A DNA stretch of 63,849 nt, counting the filler, from Octopus bimaculoides (lineage: Eukaryota), in NCBI RefSeq assembly GCF_001194135.2. It is 8 parts of 7 records of this genome, joined end to end, with 100 filler letters (N's around TTAATTAATTAA, not from the genome) between each part and the next. Parts side by side here need not be neighbours in the genome. Positions count along the whole stretch, not along the records: positions 1 to 11,166 come from NC_068999.1; 7 more parts are not named here. One strand, given 5' to 3'. The notes beneath the pieces were generated by a model. It searched no databases. It saw only the letters and a list, made by a program, of their open reading frames with translations, and was not told the origin of the DNA. The position numbers were made by a program, and so were the translations under genes. Shown here in pieces: positions 1 through 11,266 of this stretch (the stretch's first letter is position 1; each line of letters starts with the position of its first letter).

Positions 1-11
1 ATATACACACA

Positions 12-880
12 CACAGATATGCAGGAAGTAAATAGACACTTTTAATTTTCAAAATTTATGATCTAAGCGTTTGAATATGTTTTCAGCGGTGTAGAATTTA
101 CAATGTAATTATTCTTTTTCATTCCAGGTGCCATTATATTAAACATTTGCGAAGAGTAACCATACCAATTCAGCAAAACTGTCAGATTTTCAAAGAGGAT
201 GTATTGTTGGGCAATCTGAGGCTGGTCTTAGCCAGCGAAAAATTGCCAAAAATCTTCAAATTCCTCTTGCTACAATTCAAAAGCCAAGGAAACGAATCAG
301 CAGATTCTCGTCCCGGCCGACCTAAGCCCTCGGAAAGGAAATTTCGTTGTTTGAAGAGAATTGTGGAAAACGAACCCCGTTCGAAGGCTTCTGATATTAC
401 AAAACAGCTTGAAGTTAGTCGAAGAACGTATCTGCGTAAGCTTGGGTATTATGAACGAGCAGCTAGAAGAAAACCTCTCCTTCAACCAATTAATATAATG
501 AAGAGAAAGAAATGGACTAAGGAGATGTCAGAAAAATCCAGTACATTTTGGGATAGAGTGATCTTCTGACATGAAACAAATTGAAAGTCTTTGGAGCATA
601 CTAGATAGAGCTATACGAAAAACTCGACAGAAACCTAAATCTAAAGATGAATTGTTTCGATTGCTGCATGAAAAGTGAGCAGAAATTCCACAAGAGACAA
701 TCACAAAGCTCATCAGTTCAATGCTCAAAAGAGTTTCTGAATTAAAAACTGCAAAGGAATGTCAACTAAATACTAAAGTATGTAGTCCTACCTATCGATT
801 ACATTTCAATTGTTTGCTTTGCGTATTAAGTCAAAGATTTTAAAAATTAAAGATGTCTATTTACTTCCTGCATGTCTGTG
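12..880 (+). mobile_element. Tc1-family DNA transposon, internally deleted (non-autonomous)
   Basis: The left ~40-bp TIR CACAGATATGCAGGAAGTAAATAGACACTTTTAATTTT (from 12) matches the reverse complement of 841-880, which is followed by TA. Across frameshifts it reads [32 protein letters not shown] (HTH), RRKPLL...WDRVIF, then directly IESLWSILDRAIRK...LISSMLKRV (C-terminus). The catalytic middle is missing. Confidence 0.88.
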
Positions 881-1459
881 TATATATATATGTATATATA
901 TATATACGTTCTTAATGGGTTGGAAAGTCTGAAAAAAGATGAGTGCCTATTGCCTTCGCAGTACTCTCAGAGCTGGGTGAGGTGGATGTTGTTAATGCGC
1001 TGCTTAAACCGCTGCAAATTGATACCATCAGGATAGACATGAGTAAAAGGAACATTTACAGAGGCGACGTTTTGAAGAAGACAGTGTGACAAAGAGAGAG
1101 AGAGAGAGAGAGACAGACAGACTGGGAGAGAGGAGAACCGCACATCTAGTGGACAGAGACTGGAGTGCATTGGTGAGTAGTTTTATGCCAATCATTCAAG
1201 TGGCCTTTCTTTGGATGCAATAAATAATATCCGTGTGCACAGGAACAACACTGATCAAAGAATTTTCCGGATCTGAAAAGAAAAGTCAGTCCTAGTCACG
1301 TTAAGGATGCATCACTCTCTCGCAGGCTCGCCAAGGACTTACCACAAAGAGCAGTTGCAACACACAACATCGTACAACATAAAACTAAATAGGAAGACTT
1401 TATTATTTAACACATTCATACAACGTAGAATTCTCCACAAAGCTTCATCTAGATTCATG

Positions 1460-1482
1460 AGTGTTTTCGATGGAACTCAGCA

Positions 1483-1560
<78 letters not shown>
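1460..1560. repeat. (CA)n microsatellite, one representative of many CA, TA, TATG, GA and AAT tracts
   Basis: Directly visible. These tracts produce the HTHTHT, YIYIY and VCVC ORFs in the track. Confidence 0.95.
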
Positions 1561-1563
<3 letters not shown>

Positions 1564-1739
1564 CTACTAAAATAACTTCAATGTTTGGAAGGCTCTATAA
1601 AAGAAGCTGATAGCTTTGGTTTATCTGAGCAATCTAAGCAGCCGTAGAGGAGGATGCTTCAGAAACACAGTGGCTGGAATAAAGACGGATGGGAAAAGTT
1701 CAAGATTTCTCCATCGAATGAATGATAGATGGTATTTTC

Positions 1740-2000
1740 CTTACGAAGTGCGATGTAGCATGTTAGTTAAATGTGAGAAGTGAATGCAGAAAATGTGCAA
1801 AGGCTGAGAGAAATGAAGCAAGCAAACAAAAATGCTTTGCTGGATGCGTAATGATAGTATACATAAACGACGTGATTCGAATGAGCTGAGAGAAAAGCTA
1901 GTTATACGAGAAATAATCAGCCGTAATGAGCAAAACGAGAACAGCGTTAGTACAGACATGTGATACATATAGATGATAACAGATGGATACAGAAGTGGCC
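1740..2000 (+). mobile_element. Decayed RTE-clade LINE, C-terminal ORF remnant
   Basis: Frameshifted translation NAENVQRL.RNEAS.MLCWMRNDSIHKRRDSNELREKL resembles the post-RT domain of RTE LINEs and the other RTE fragments in this window. Confidence 0.6.
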
Positions 2001-2472
2001 GGATATTTTAATTGGTGGAAATTGTAGAAGATCAAAGAAGACATGGGCAGAAGTAGCAAAATCTGCGTCCAATGTTGAACCACACAAAGGAGATGACAAA
2101 AGACTATAACAGATGAAGAGACGATGTATTTGAAAGATCTCCTATCTAAGCAAGGATGGAAAAGCAGACGTAAAAGAGCTGCTGCTGATGATAGTGATGA
2201 TGATATGCGCTGAAGCCCATCAAAAAGATGAACTGATAGCCTGGATAGAATGTCTTGTATTTTTCTGGCTCTCCGTGTTCTTAGTTCAAATACCCCGAGG
2301 CAAACTTTAATTTTCATCTTTCCGAAGTAAATAAATTCACTTCCAGCTGAGGGTGGTGTATTGGCGGAATTATTTGAGCATCGGATGAAATGTTTTGCGG
2401 TATCATCCAGCTCTTTATGTTCTGAGTTCGCCTGCAAACGACACTGAAACTAAGGTGTGGTTAAAGGAAACT

Positions 2473-3596
2473 TGTTATTTCGACAACTATTGGTCTTTTA
2501 TAAAAAACGAAAACCTGTAGTGAAACTTCTCTCTCGGTCATTTAATCACAAATGATAACGAAGCGGCTAACATCCAGCCTTCGGCTGCCTTGGACCCTTG
2601 TGTCCACCACCCTGATTGGTTCTCATTTGCGCGACAATCATCACCAGTTCTGTTTCGCGTCAGGGTGCATACAGTCCAATCGTGGCCTTCAGATAAGGTC
2701 ACATGATAGAGAGTTTTTTCTGCGTTTCCGGTGAGCCCTATTTCATCTATAAATAAACCCTCTCCAACGACGCCAGTCGTCTTCGATTTCAGACTTCTCA
2801 CAGGTCTGGTCTCTGACCATATACAGAACACAGCACCAGCCAGTTTCCAGCGATGACGTCTTCACTACCAATGTACTGTCTACCACAATGTCGTCGCCAG
2901 CAACCCCACTACCAGAGTACACACCAATATCAACAAACGCGGTTTTATCTCGACACTGTATGAGTGGATTATTTCCACCACGAACAACAGTCAGAACTAA
3001 CCTGCGAGAATATTCCGACCAGGTAACCGGTCGCAGCATCGACGCTCAACACACACGACATGTGATATCACAGCTCTGCTCTCTTGGCCACAACTTCCTG
3101 CGTACGAACATTCTATCTCCTTGTGTGACTCTTATACGAACTGGTTTTCTCTATCTCAGTGTTTAAGACTTTTTACAGTCTATGTTACAGACACTCTTTC
3201 TATGTTCTGTGTTCCTCTCACTCACACACACACTTGTACTCTCACATATTGTACACACAATCTTGCTTATACGACAGTCCGTCATTTCATATTTGTTGTA
3301 TACATACTCTTGTACACGAAGGCCTGACTTATGTATTGTGTTATTTATATATGCCGCATGCACGCACACACAGACACTACAGATTCACTATGTTAATAAA
3401 CTTACTCTCTTTACATATATATGACGGTTGTCTGTCCTTCTCTGTTCCTTTACTGGCACTTGGCTCGCATCGTCTCACACACGGCGAGCCTTCCATGTTA
3501 TATATTATGTTTTGTGTTCGACCGTGCGACGCGTTTAAAGGAGTCATTTTCTACTTCGTCGCCATCTCCTTTGGTTCGCACGGTCGACTGATAACA
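2473..3596 (+). mobile_element. Probable solo LTR (~1.12 kb)
   Basis: Termini TGTTAT(2473)...ATAACA(3596) are inverted. Flanks AAACT/AACCT look like a near-identical TSD. The interior is CpG-rich, with CCAAT-like boxes, TATAAATA at 2748 and AATAAA at 3395, and has no coding potential. Confidence 0.6.
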
Positions 3597-3619
3597 AACC
3601 TAACCTCGGCTTGCTATCT

Positions 3620-3962
3620 GGCGTAGGCATAGCTGAGTGATTAAGAAACTAGTTTTGCAACCAATGCTTTGTGAGTAAATAATTTGGTGGATGGAAACTT
3701 TGTGGAAGCCTATCGTGTTTGTATGCATGCGTGAGTGTATGTCTGTTTCTTTATGCTTCTATGTGTTCTCCACCACCACGCGACAACTGATGTTGGTTTG
3801 TTTACGTACGCGTGACTTAATAGTTCGGCCAAAGAGACTGATTGAATATGTACCAGACTTTTAAAAGAATTTACTAGGGTCGATTACTTCGACTAGACCC
3901 TTCAAGAAGGGGCCCCAGCATGGCTGTTGTCTAATGACTGAAACAAATAAAGATAACAGATG
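3620..3962 (+). mobile_element. tRNA-derived SINE (family with ...GACTGAAACAAGTAAAAGA tail)
   Basis: A-box-like head GGCATAGCTGAGTGATTAAG. The body and tail (CCAGCATGGC...ATGACTGAAACAAATAAAAGA) are shared with many copies in the window. Confidence 0.75.
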
Positions 3963-3979
3963 AAAGAAACCTGATCGAT

Positions 3980-4036
<57 letters not shown>

Positions 4037-4137
4037 TGTATGTATGCATGTATGTATGTATGCATGTATGTATACTTCGTTTTTGTATCTGTTTTGCAAG
4101 ATTCTTTATGTGAATTCATGTGTTGAGACAAATTTTG

Positions 4138-4421
4138 TTTTGTCTGGGGAGAGTCATTCTGCCTTAATGCCTTATTATCTAACACACTCAGCGGTTCCAT
4201 ATCCACTCATTTATTATTTATGTTTTTTCTTTCCGAAAATATTCCTTGCTTTTGCAACCTTGTCAATGGATATTGACTCTGTCAACATTCATTGACAAGG
4301 TTGTAAAAATAACAAAAATTTTGGAAAAGAAAAATTGTAAATAATAAATGAGTAGAAATGGAATTGGTGAGTGTGTTAGATAACAAAGGCATTAAGTCAG
4401 TATGATTCTCCCCAGATACAA
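4138..4421. repeat. ~280-bp imperfect palindrome (fold-back element)
   Basis: 4138-4268 is the degenerate reverse complement of 4290-4421, e.g. TTTGCAACCTTGTCAATG / CATTGACAAGGTTGTAAAA and TTATCTAACACACTCA / TGAGTGTGTTAGATAA. Confidence 0.85.
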
Positions 4422-4451
4422 CAATACATACAGACAGACAGACAGACAGAC

Positions 4452-4484
<33 letters not shown>

Positions 4485-4504
4485 GAGATAGATACACACA
4501 CATA

Positions 4505-5350
4505 TAAATGGTGGGACGGAGAGGACAGGCGTTTTTGAAAAATTTACAAAATCATTAATTTTAGCAGCAAACAAATTTTGTTGACACCAGTGTGTTCGTA
4601 TTGAATTAGCATTTGGCAAAATCAAGTGTGGAAAATAACATCCATCATGTGGTATCCGTTTTCATTGATGCATTTCTGAAGGCATTCTTGGAAGTTGGCC
4701 CCATTTTCTCCAACATTGCTCTGTCGATTTGGGCGACTTTCATGCGAATAGCTTCCTTCAAATCGTCCAATGTACGGGGCTTCTGCGCATACACACGTGC
4801 TTTGAGGTTTCTCCACAAGAAATAATCACACATGAACAAATCAGGGGACCGAGGGGGCCAAGGAATGTCAGCAAACCTGGAAATGAGGCGGTCACCGAAG
4901 AGAGGGAGAAGAACGTCCATTGATGTTCTGGCTGTGTGGGCTGTTGCCCTATCCTGCTGAAACCACGTACGTCGAATAGGTATCCATTTTTGTTGTAATT
5001 CAGGCACAAATATGCTTATCATCTCGATGTAACGCTCGGAGTTCACAGTAACAGCATTTCCATTATTGTCTTCAAAAAAGTAAGGACCAATGACGACAGC
5101 TTTTCTAACAGCACACCAGACCATCACTTTTGGGCAGCGCAGTGATCTTTCGTACAGTTCTCTCGGTTTTTCAAGAGCCCAATAACGACAATATGAGGTT
5201 GTCATTTGCCTCAAAAATTGCTTCCATCTGACGTGCGAAGTTAAGCCGCTGTGCATAGTCTCACGGTTTCAACTATTGCCTAACGACCAATTTGTTCTGG
5301 TGGAAATGCAGGTCTTCGTGCAAAATACGCCTTACCGATCGATTACCGAT
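4505..5350 (-). mobile_element. DD41D (rosa/VS-type) Tc1/mariner-superfamily transposase pseudogene, 5'-truncated
   Basis: ORF 4645-5256 contains KVMVWCAV...GPYFF...WFQQD(R)ATAHT...WPPRSPDLFMCDYFLW. There are 41 residues between the second and third catalytic Asp. Frameshifts are present. Confidence 0.85.
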
Positions 5351-5354
5351 ACCA

Positions 5355-5530
5355 AGTTCAGTGGAATGCCTTTATTCTCTTATTTCCCTTTACACTACCT
5401 ACATCTTGCTTTTCCAAAACAACTCCTTATATTGAACTCTACTATTTCCCTCTAGTTAACTCTCTCATATCGTCTCTGATGAAGGGATATCCGTAATATC
5501 CCAGAAACATATAAGTTTTAAAAAATAGTC
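5355..5530 (+). mobile_element. Penelope-like terminal-repeat fragment with a degenerate hammerhead motif
   Basis: CTGATGA (5476-5482), perfect 7-bp hairpin GGGATAT/ATATCCC, then GAAAC (5504-5508). Confidence 0.55.
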
Positions 5531-6169
5531 ATTACATACTTTTCTTTTATTGGAGCAAATTTGGCTTACACTTGTTTCCAATAATCATTGATCAGTTGAA
5601 AAAATTGAAGGAGGGAGAGAGGGGAGAAAGAAGGGAAAAGAAGGGAAAGAGATGGGGAGAGAAAAGTGGTGGTGGTGATTGTGTTGAAGGTGGCGGTGGT
5701 GGTGATTGAGTAGTGAAAAGTGTATTTTTTTAATTGAGCTAATTTTTTTATATCACCTACCACTTAAAGCGTGCGCATAAGTGCAATTCCATGAAATATT
5801 CCCTCTTATTTACGTGACAGATATATGCAATTTAACTAAAGGTTGTATCATTTGTACGGGATATTTTTTTGTTTGTTTATGGGAAAAATGGAAAAATAAG
5901 AGTGAATATTTATTTTATGAGTGCTGTGTATTAAGTCTATAAAATTGTGCATTAAGTATATAAAGTGTATATATAAAGTGCATCAAGTAATCATGGTATT
6001 CCAATTTCTTTCATTTTTCAATGAGCAGCGGATGAGTTACTATCTTTCTATGACGACACAACGCAGACTACACTTTCAGGTTTTGGGATAAAATTTTCAG
6101 AATTAGCCCAATAGGTTTACCATTAATTCCGTGACATATTCACGGGTTCTGCTAGTATTCATAATTCGT

Positions 6170-6722
6170 AAATGGTTTGAGAGGAGAACTGGGTATAAGA
6201 GGCATCAAATGTTGTGTGTTGGTTTGCTCATGTGATGTGTATAGATGAGGACAACCGTGTAAAGAAGTGTCAAGCTCTAATTGTAGGGGGAACCTACGGA
6301 AGGGGTAGACCCAGGACGACGTCGGACGAAGTGGTGGGAAAGAATCTTCAGATACTGGGTCTCACTGATGGATTGGGACTGGGAGTTGTGACAATTTGCT
6401 GTACTTGAGAATACGCATCAAGCTAAGTAAAATTGAAGTCCTTCATACATACAGGTTTGTTCTTTACAGGTGCCAGTGCCACGTAAAATACACTCGTGCC
6501 GGTGCTGTGCAATCGCACCCGTGTCGGTGACATGTAAAAAGCATCCAGCACACTCTATAAAATGGTTGGCATTAGGAAGGGTAGCTAGCTGTAGAAACCA
6601 TGCCACAACAGACAATTTGGAGTCTGGACAGGACCCCGGCTGGTCAGCTCCTGTGAAACTATCCAAAGCATACCAGCATGGAAAACGGACGTTAAACGAT
6701 AATGATGATGATGATGATGATA
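6170..6722 (+). mobile_element. RTE LINE 3' end (ORF C-terminus, 3' UTR, (GAT)n tail)
   Basis: WFAHVMCIDEDNRVKKCQALIVGGTYGRGRPRTT is the typical RTE C-terminus. The 3' UTR ends GGAAAACGGACGTTAAACGAT(GAT)n. Confidence 0.8.
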
Positions 6723-6744
6723 TAAGTATAAATGTGTGTGTGTG

Positions 6745-7401
6745 TCATCATCATATCATCATCATTTAATGTCCGTTTTCCATGCTGGCATGGGTTAGAC
6801 GGTTTGACTGAAAACTGTTCAGCTGGAGAGCTGTACCAGGTTTCAACCTGATTTGGTATGGTTTCAATAGCTGGATGTCCTTCCAAAAGCCAACCATTCC
6901 AAGAGTGTAGTGGATGCTCTTTATGTACCACTGGCACGGGTGCCAGTTACGAAACACCGGCATCGGCCACGATTACGATCTCACTTAGCTTGACAGGTCT
7001 TCTCAAGCACGGTATATTGACAAAGGTCTCGGTCATTTGTCACTGTCTCCGTATGGCCCAAAGTTCGAAGGGTGCTTTTTACGTGCCACCAGCATGGGTG
7101 TCACATACGCAACACTGGCATAGGCCATGACTATGATTTTACTCGGCTTGACGGGTTTTCTCAAGCACAACATACCACCCCACGTTAGAAGTGTGCTTTT
7201 TACGTGCCACCAGCACGAGTGCCAATTACACAACACTAACATAGACTACGACTGCGATTTCACTTGGTTTGACGGGTCTTCTCGAACACAGCATATCACC
7301 AAAAGTCTCGGTCACTTGTCATTGCCTCCAGGAGGCTCAACGATCGAAGGTCATGCTTCATCACCTCGTCCCATGTCTTGCTGGGTCTACTTCTTCCACA
7401 G
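6745..7401 (-). mobile_element. RTE LINE 3' end, interrupted by the hAT; continues at 9995-10065
   Basis: The minus strand reads CGRSRPSKTWDEVMKHDLRSLSLLEAMTSDRDFW. The upstream part (CTDEDSCVKYQSLTVEGTYG) lies at 9995-10060. Confidence 0.85.
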
Positions 7402-9994
7402 CAGGCTTGCCAAACGTATTTTGATGAAAGTACCAGATTTAGTAAAATAAAAGTACCAAATTTTGCTCCAAAAGTACCGAAATTCAAATTCGTAATACTT
7501 TGTCTAAAAATCAACTGAAATCATGATATTATTCATAGTATACAGAGCTTTATTTTAAAGTAACCTACATATATTTAATTTACTTTATAGTTAGAAGGTT
7601 GTATCGTCAACAGTGTGAGGTTCGTCTTTGTACCAATGTCCTTGTCCTTTTAATTTAGCACAAAGCTCTGCATCAAGTGTATAAGTTGTGCAGTTTACAT
7701 CATGAAGACTTCTTTTAATGTAGCAGAGCATTGATTGTTTGGGTTGACTTTAATGTTTTTTAGGACTGAAAATATTCTCTCGGCTGCAGCTGAATAATGT
7801 GGTAATGATAGGAGCTGAAACATAAAGCATGATTGGACTGGATAATGAGCTTCATCTCCACATTTTTCCTTAGAAATTTTATATCAATAATCTTCTAGCT
7901 TGGTAGCTTTAGTTATGCCATTGTTATCTTGAAGTTTAAGTTTTCTGCATTCTTTATTAAGAGCTTCAGTCTGAGTCTCCTGAACAATATTTGGAAATTT
8001 GCATGTGAGAGGAACAATATGAACTTGGACCATTGCAATCATGAATACTAACTAGGTCTAGTGCCTCTAGAAGCTTCAGATTATGGAAGAAATCATGTGC
8101 AAAGAAGTGCTGAAAAAATTCCTTCCCAAGGCACACAAAAATTTAATGGTTTCACATGAAACTGTTTCAATTCAGTTGTATTAATAAATGGAGCTTTCTT
8201 TATGTAGATGCTTTCAACTTTTGCTCCTCTGTAAATTTCAGTTATGGAATTGATGTTAATTTCATGTAGCTCTTTTTTTTTTGCAAGTTCTTTTTTAACA
8301 AAATTGCCAAGTATTCCCTTAACAGTACATGTAACAGATTTGTACAGTTTGTGCATTCTATAGATTTCTGATTGGAAATTTAAGTTCAACTTAATAATAT
8401 CTGGCAAAATATATGATAAAAATACATAATACATCACTATGATTGGATTTGTTAATGAATTCAGCACATTTGAAGCTGCACTGTTGTTATCTTCAATAGC
8501 AGCAGTAGTAAAGAATAACACTAGAGCAGACCACTGTTCTAGTATTTTTTTGACAACTTGTTCTAAAGATAACCACCTTGTACAACTTACATGTAATAAG
8601 TTATGAGGGTTTGTTTGAGTAAATGCCTGAAATTCTTCATATTCCTGCAGTATCTTTGGGGCTATTTGAGAGGAATGAATATATGCTTCTAGCAAGTTCT
8701 TCTAAACATGAAGGTAATTCTGAACATGCCTTTGATGCACAGATATGCATAGAGTGACAGACACAACTTTGAATAAAGAGAGGGGGAACTTTGTTCTTCA
8801 GTAATGCCTACACACCTCCCTTCTGTCCCATCATTACACGAGCATTGTCACTGGAAAATCCTATCAAATTTTCAAATGGTATATCATGTAAGGTGAAGAA
8901 TCTTTTAGCCTTGGTTTCCAAAAGAAATAAAAAAACTATCAATAATTTTTTGAGTGCTACAATCATAAAATTTAGCTGACAGAACAAGCTGTTTTTTTGT
9001 ACTTACATCAGAAGTTTCATCAACAATTAATGAAAACTTGCACTCTTTTAACTGTTTAATGAGGTTTTCAAAGTAATAGGGGCCTAAATATTTTTATATA
9101 TTTGAGTAGCTTTATTTCTTGCACATTTAATATATTTAGCTATTTTGGAATCAGGACATGCATTCTAAATTAGTCCAGGTAAATGATTGATAAGTCTCAC
9201 TGATAAGTTATAAACTGCAATGAAGGAACAAAGCTTAAGTTCCATAGCAGCTACATTTGTAATATGAACAGAAGTTGTAGACTGCAAAAAGTTGATTAGT
9301 TTTCCATTTTTATTTTCTGAATTAAAATTTTTAAAGTTTATCCATTTTTCTGTGCCTCTCCAGATAAGTTACACTGCCTTGAATTTCATCATGACAAGAT
9401 TTACAGTATGTTTTTTTGATATTTGTTTTACTTGGTTCTAACCTTGATGAAAATTGAGAATCAAAAAAAAAGTTTGTTCAATAATTTATGATTTTATTCT
9501 TTAATTTTTTTCTTTGGCGGAGTTAAACCTAAGTCAACTTCATCAATGCTTTTATCTTTCGTATTCTTGCTCAACATGAGGGTTATAAATCACTTGTAAT
9601 TGATAAAAGTTTAACGAGATAATAAGGAGACACATGTCACTTATGTATGAAACATGCTACTGACTGGAATTAGAGGCGGCAAGCCGGCAATATTGGACGG
9701 TATGTACAATCCATGTATTGAACACGTTCTATGCCAACTAGCTACTAATTAGCTATAAACTGCCTTGTTATAAAATGTCACAAAATATATTTTGATGTCA
9801 AATATTTAGTCCAATAGTAATGTAATGTATTTTATTGTTACATTGTTCAATTAGATATACTGTAAACTTATTTAAAAAAAAAAAAAGCGAAAAAACTTGA
9901 AAAAATACTAAATTATTGCAGCATAGTACCAAAAGTATTACCGCACACTGAAAGTACCAAATTTGGTACAATAGTACCAGGTTTGGAAAGCTTG
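7402..9994 (-). mobile_element. hAT DNA transposon with decayed transposase
   Basis: TIRs CAGGCTTGCCAAAC / CAAGCTTTCCAAAC (12 of 14 match). 8-bp TSD TTCCACAG / TTCCGTAG. AGTACC subterminal repeats at both ends. The minus strand gives LHVSCTRWLSLEQVV..ILEQW..L (ORF 8093-8695) and the dimerisation motif LSLPHYSAAAERIFS (~7770-7815). Confidence 0.9.
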
Positions 9995-10234
9995 TTCCGT
10001 AGGTTCCTTCCACAGTTAGAGATTGGTACTTCACACAGCTGTCCTCGTCTGTACACACACATGAAAGAAGAATACAACACAGGATACAATCACACCTAAT
10101 ATTATGACATCATAAATTACATAACTTTACACATTTCACAGCCATATATTATTATTAGTATGCCAAGCAAAAATTCTTAAACGTCATGCTATCATTTTTA
10201 AAACAGCAACTTTTCAATATATATTTTTTTCTTT

Positions 10235-10715
10235 TACTGGTTTCAGTCATTTGACTGGGGCCATGTTGGAGCACCGCCTCAAAGTGTTTTAGTTGAACAA
10301 ATCAACCCCACGACTTATTTTTAAAACCTAGTACTTATTCTATTGGTCTCTTTTTACTGAACTGCTAATGTTACGGGCACATAAACACCAACACCGGTTC
10401 TCAAGCAGTGATGGGGAACAAACACAGACATACACATAGACATATACACACATATGTATGTGTGTGTATATATATATATATAATGAGGTCAAAAAAGAAA
10501 AACGACAAAAAACAACAAAAAACAACACCGCAAGGACGTGATACAGATATTGTGTTACTGGATGCTCGGGATGACAGGCTTCCTTTGTTTTCCCTCTACC
10601 AAAGCCACTCTCAAAGCTTGGTCAGCCTGAGGCTATAAGGTGCCATGCAGTGGAACTGAACCCAGAACCATATGGTTGGGAAGCAACCTTCTTACCACAC
10701 AGCCATGCCAGTACC
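10235..10715 (-). mobile_element. Two SINE segments (tail part and tRNA-like head part)
   Basis: Reverse complement of the common family: TTCAGTCATTTGACTGGGGCCATG, and head GGCATGGCTGTGTGGTAAGAAGGTTGCTTCCCAACC. Confidence 0.75.
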
Positions 10716-10748
10716 TATACATATACATTATATATATATATATTTGAA

Positions 10749-11060
10749 GAAAAGTAACAAAAATGCATTAGGTTATAGCAGTACGTACGTTTCGTACAAA
10801 CTTCATTTATTTATGTAGTGAAAACACCACATAAGATGTCTAGACTGTTGATTAACAGCCCAGTCAAGATGGTATTTTCTTCATCTCCTTCTCTTGTATT
10901 TGCACACATCTACAAAATGACTTTCTGAAATGAACTTCCATTATGCAGCTGAGGAGTACATTTTCATTGCACATCTTATGTGGTGTTCTCACTACATAAA
11001 TAAATGAAGTTTGTACGAAACGTACCTACTGCTATAACCTAATACATTTTTTTGCTTTTC
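10749..11060. mobile_element. Fold-back element with ~90-bp inverted arms (Penelope-like inverted terminal repeat)
   Basis: 10749-10839 is the reverse complement of 10971-11060, with few mismatches and a ~130-bp spacer. Confidence 0.85.
10941..11037 (+). ncRNA. Type I hammerhead ribozyme motif (stem III G-to-C variant)
   Basis: Stem I GCAG/CTGC (extends TTAT/ATAA). Core CTGAGGA at 10949-10955. Stem II GTACA/TGTAC encloses ~50 nt. GAAA at 11017-11020, then C-GTAC-C-TA. The inverted arm retains the canonical C-GTAC-G-TA. Confidence 0.7.
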
Positions 11061-11166
11061 AAATTTTATTCACCAAATCTCTTGATTTTGTTTTTGGTTT
11101 TTACCCTACCAAATTCTGGTGCCTCAAACATTTTAAGTACCACATTTAATCTTTTGATTAAATCTA

Positions 11167-11266
11167 NNNNNNNNNNNNNNNNNNNNNNNNNNNNNNNNNN
11201 NNNNNNNNNNTTAATTAATTAANNNNNNNNNNNNNNNNNNNNNNNNNNNNNNNNNNNNNNNNNNNN
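11167..11266. other. Assembly join: 44 N + TTAATTAATTAA + 44 N (linker also at 22287, 34265, 51167, 55093, 59337, 61963)
   Basis: The identical 12-mer, with stops in all six frames, is centred in a 100-bp gap seven times. Confidence 0.95.
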
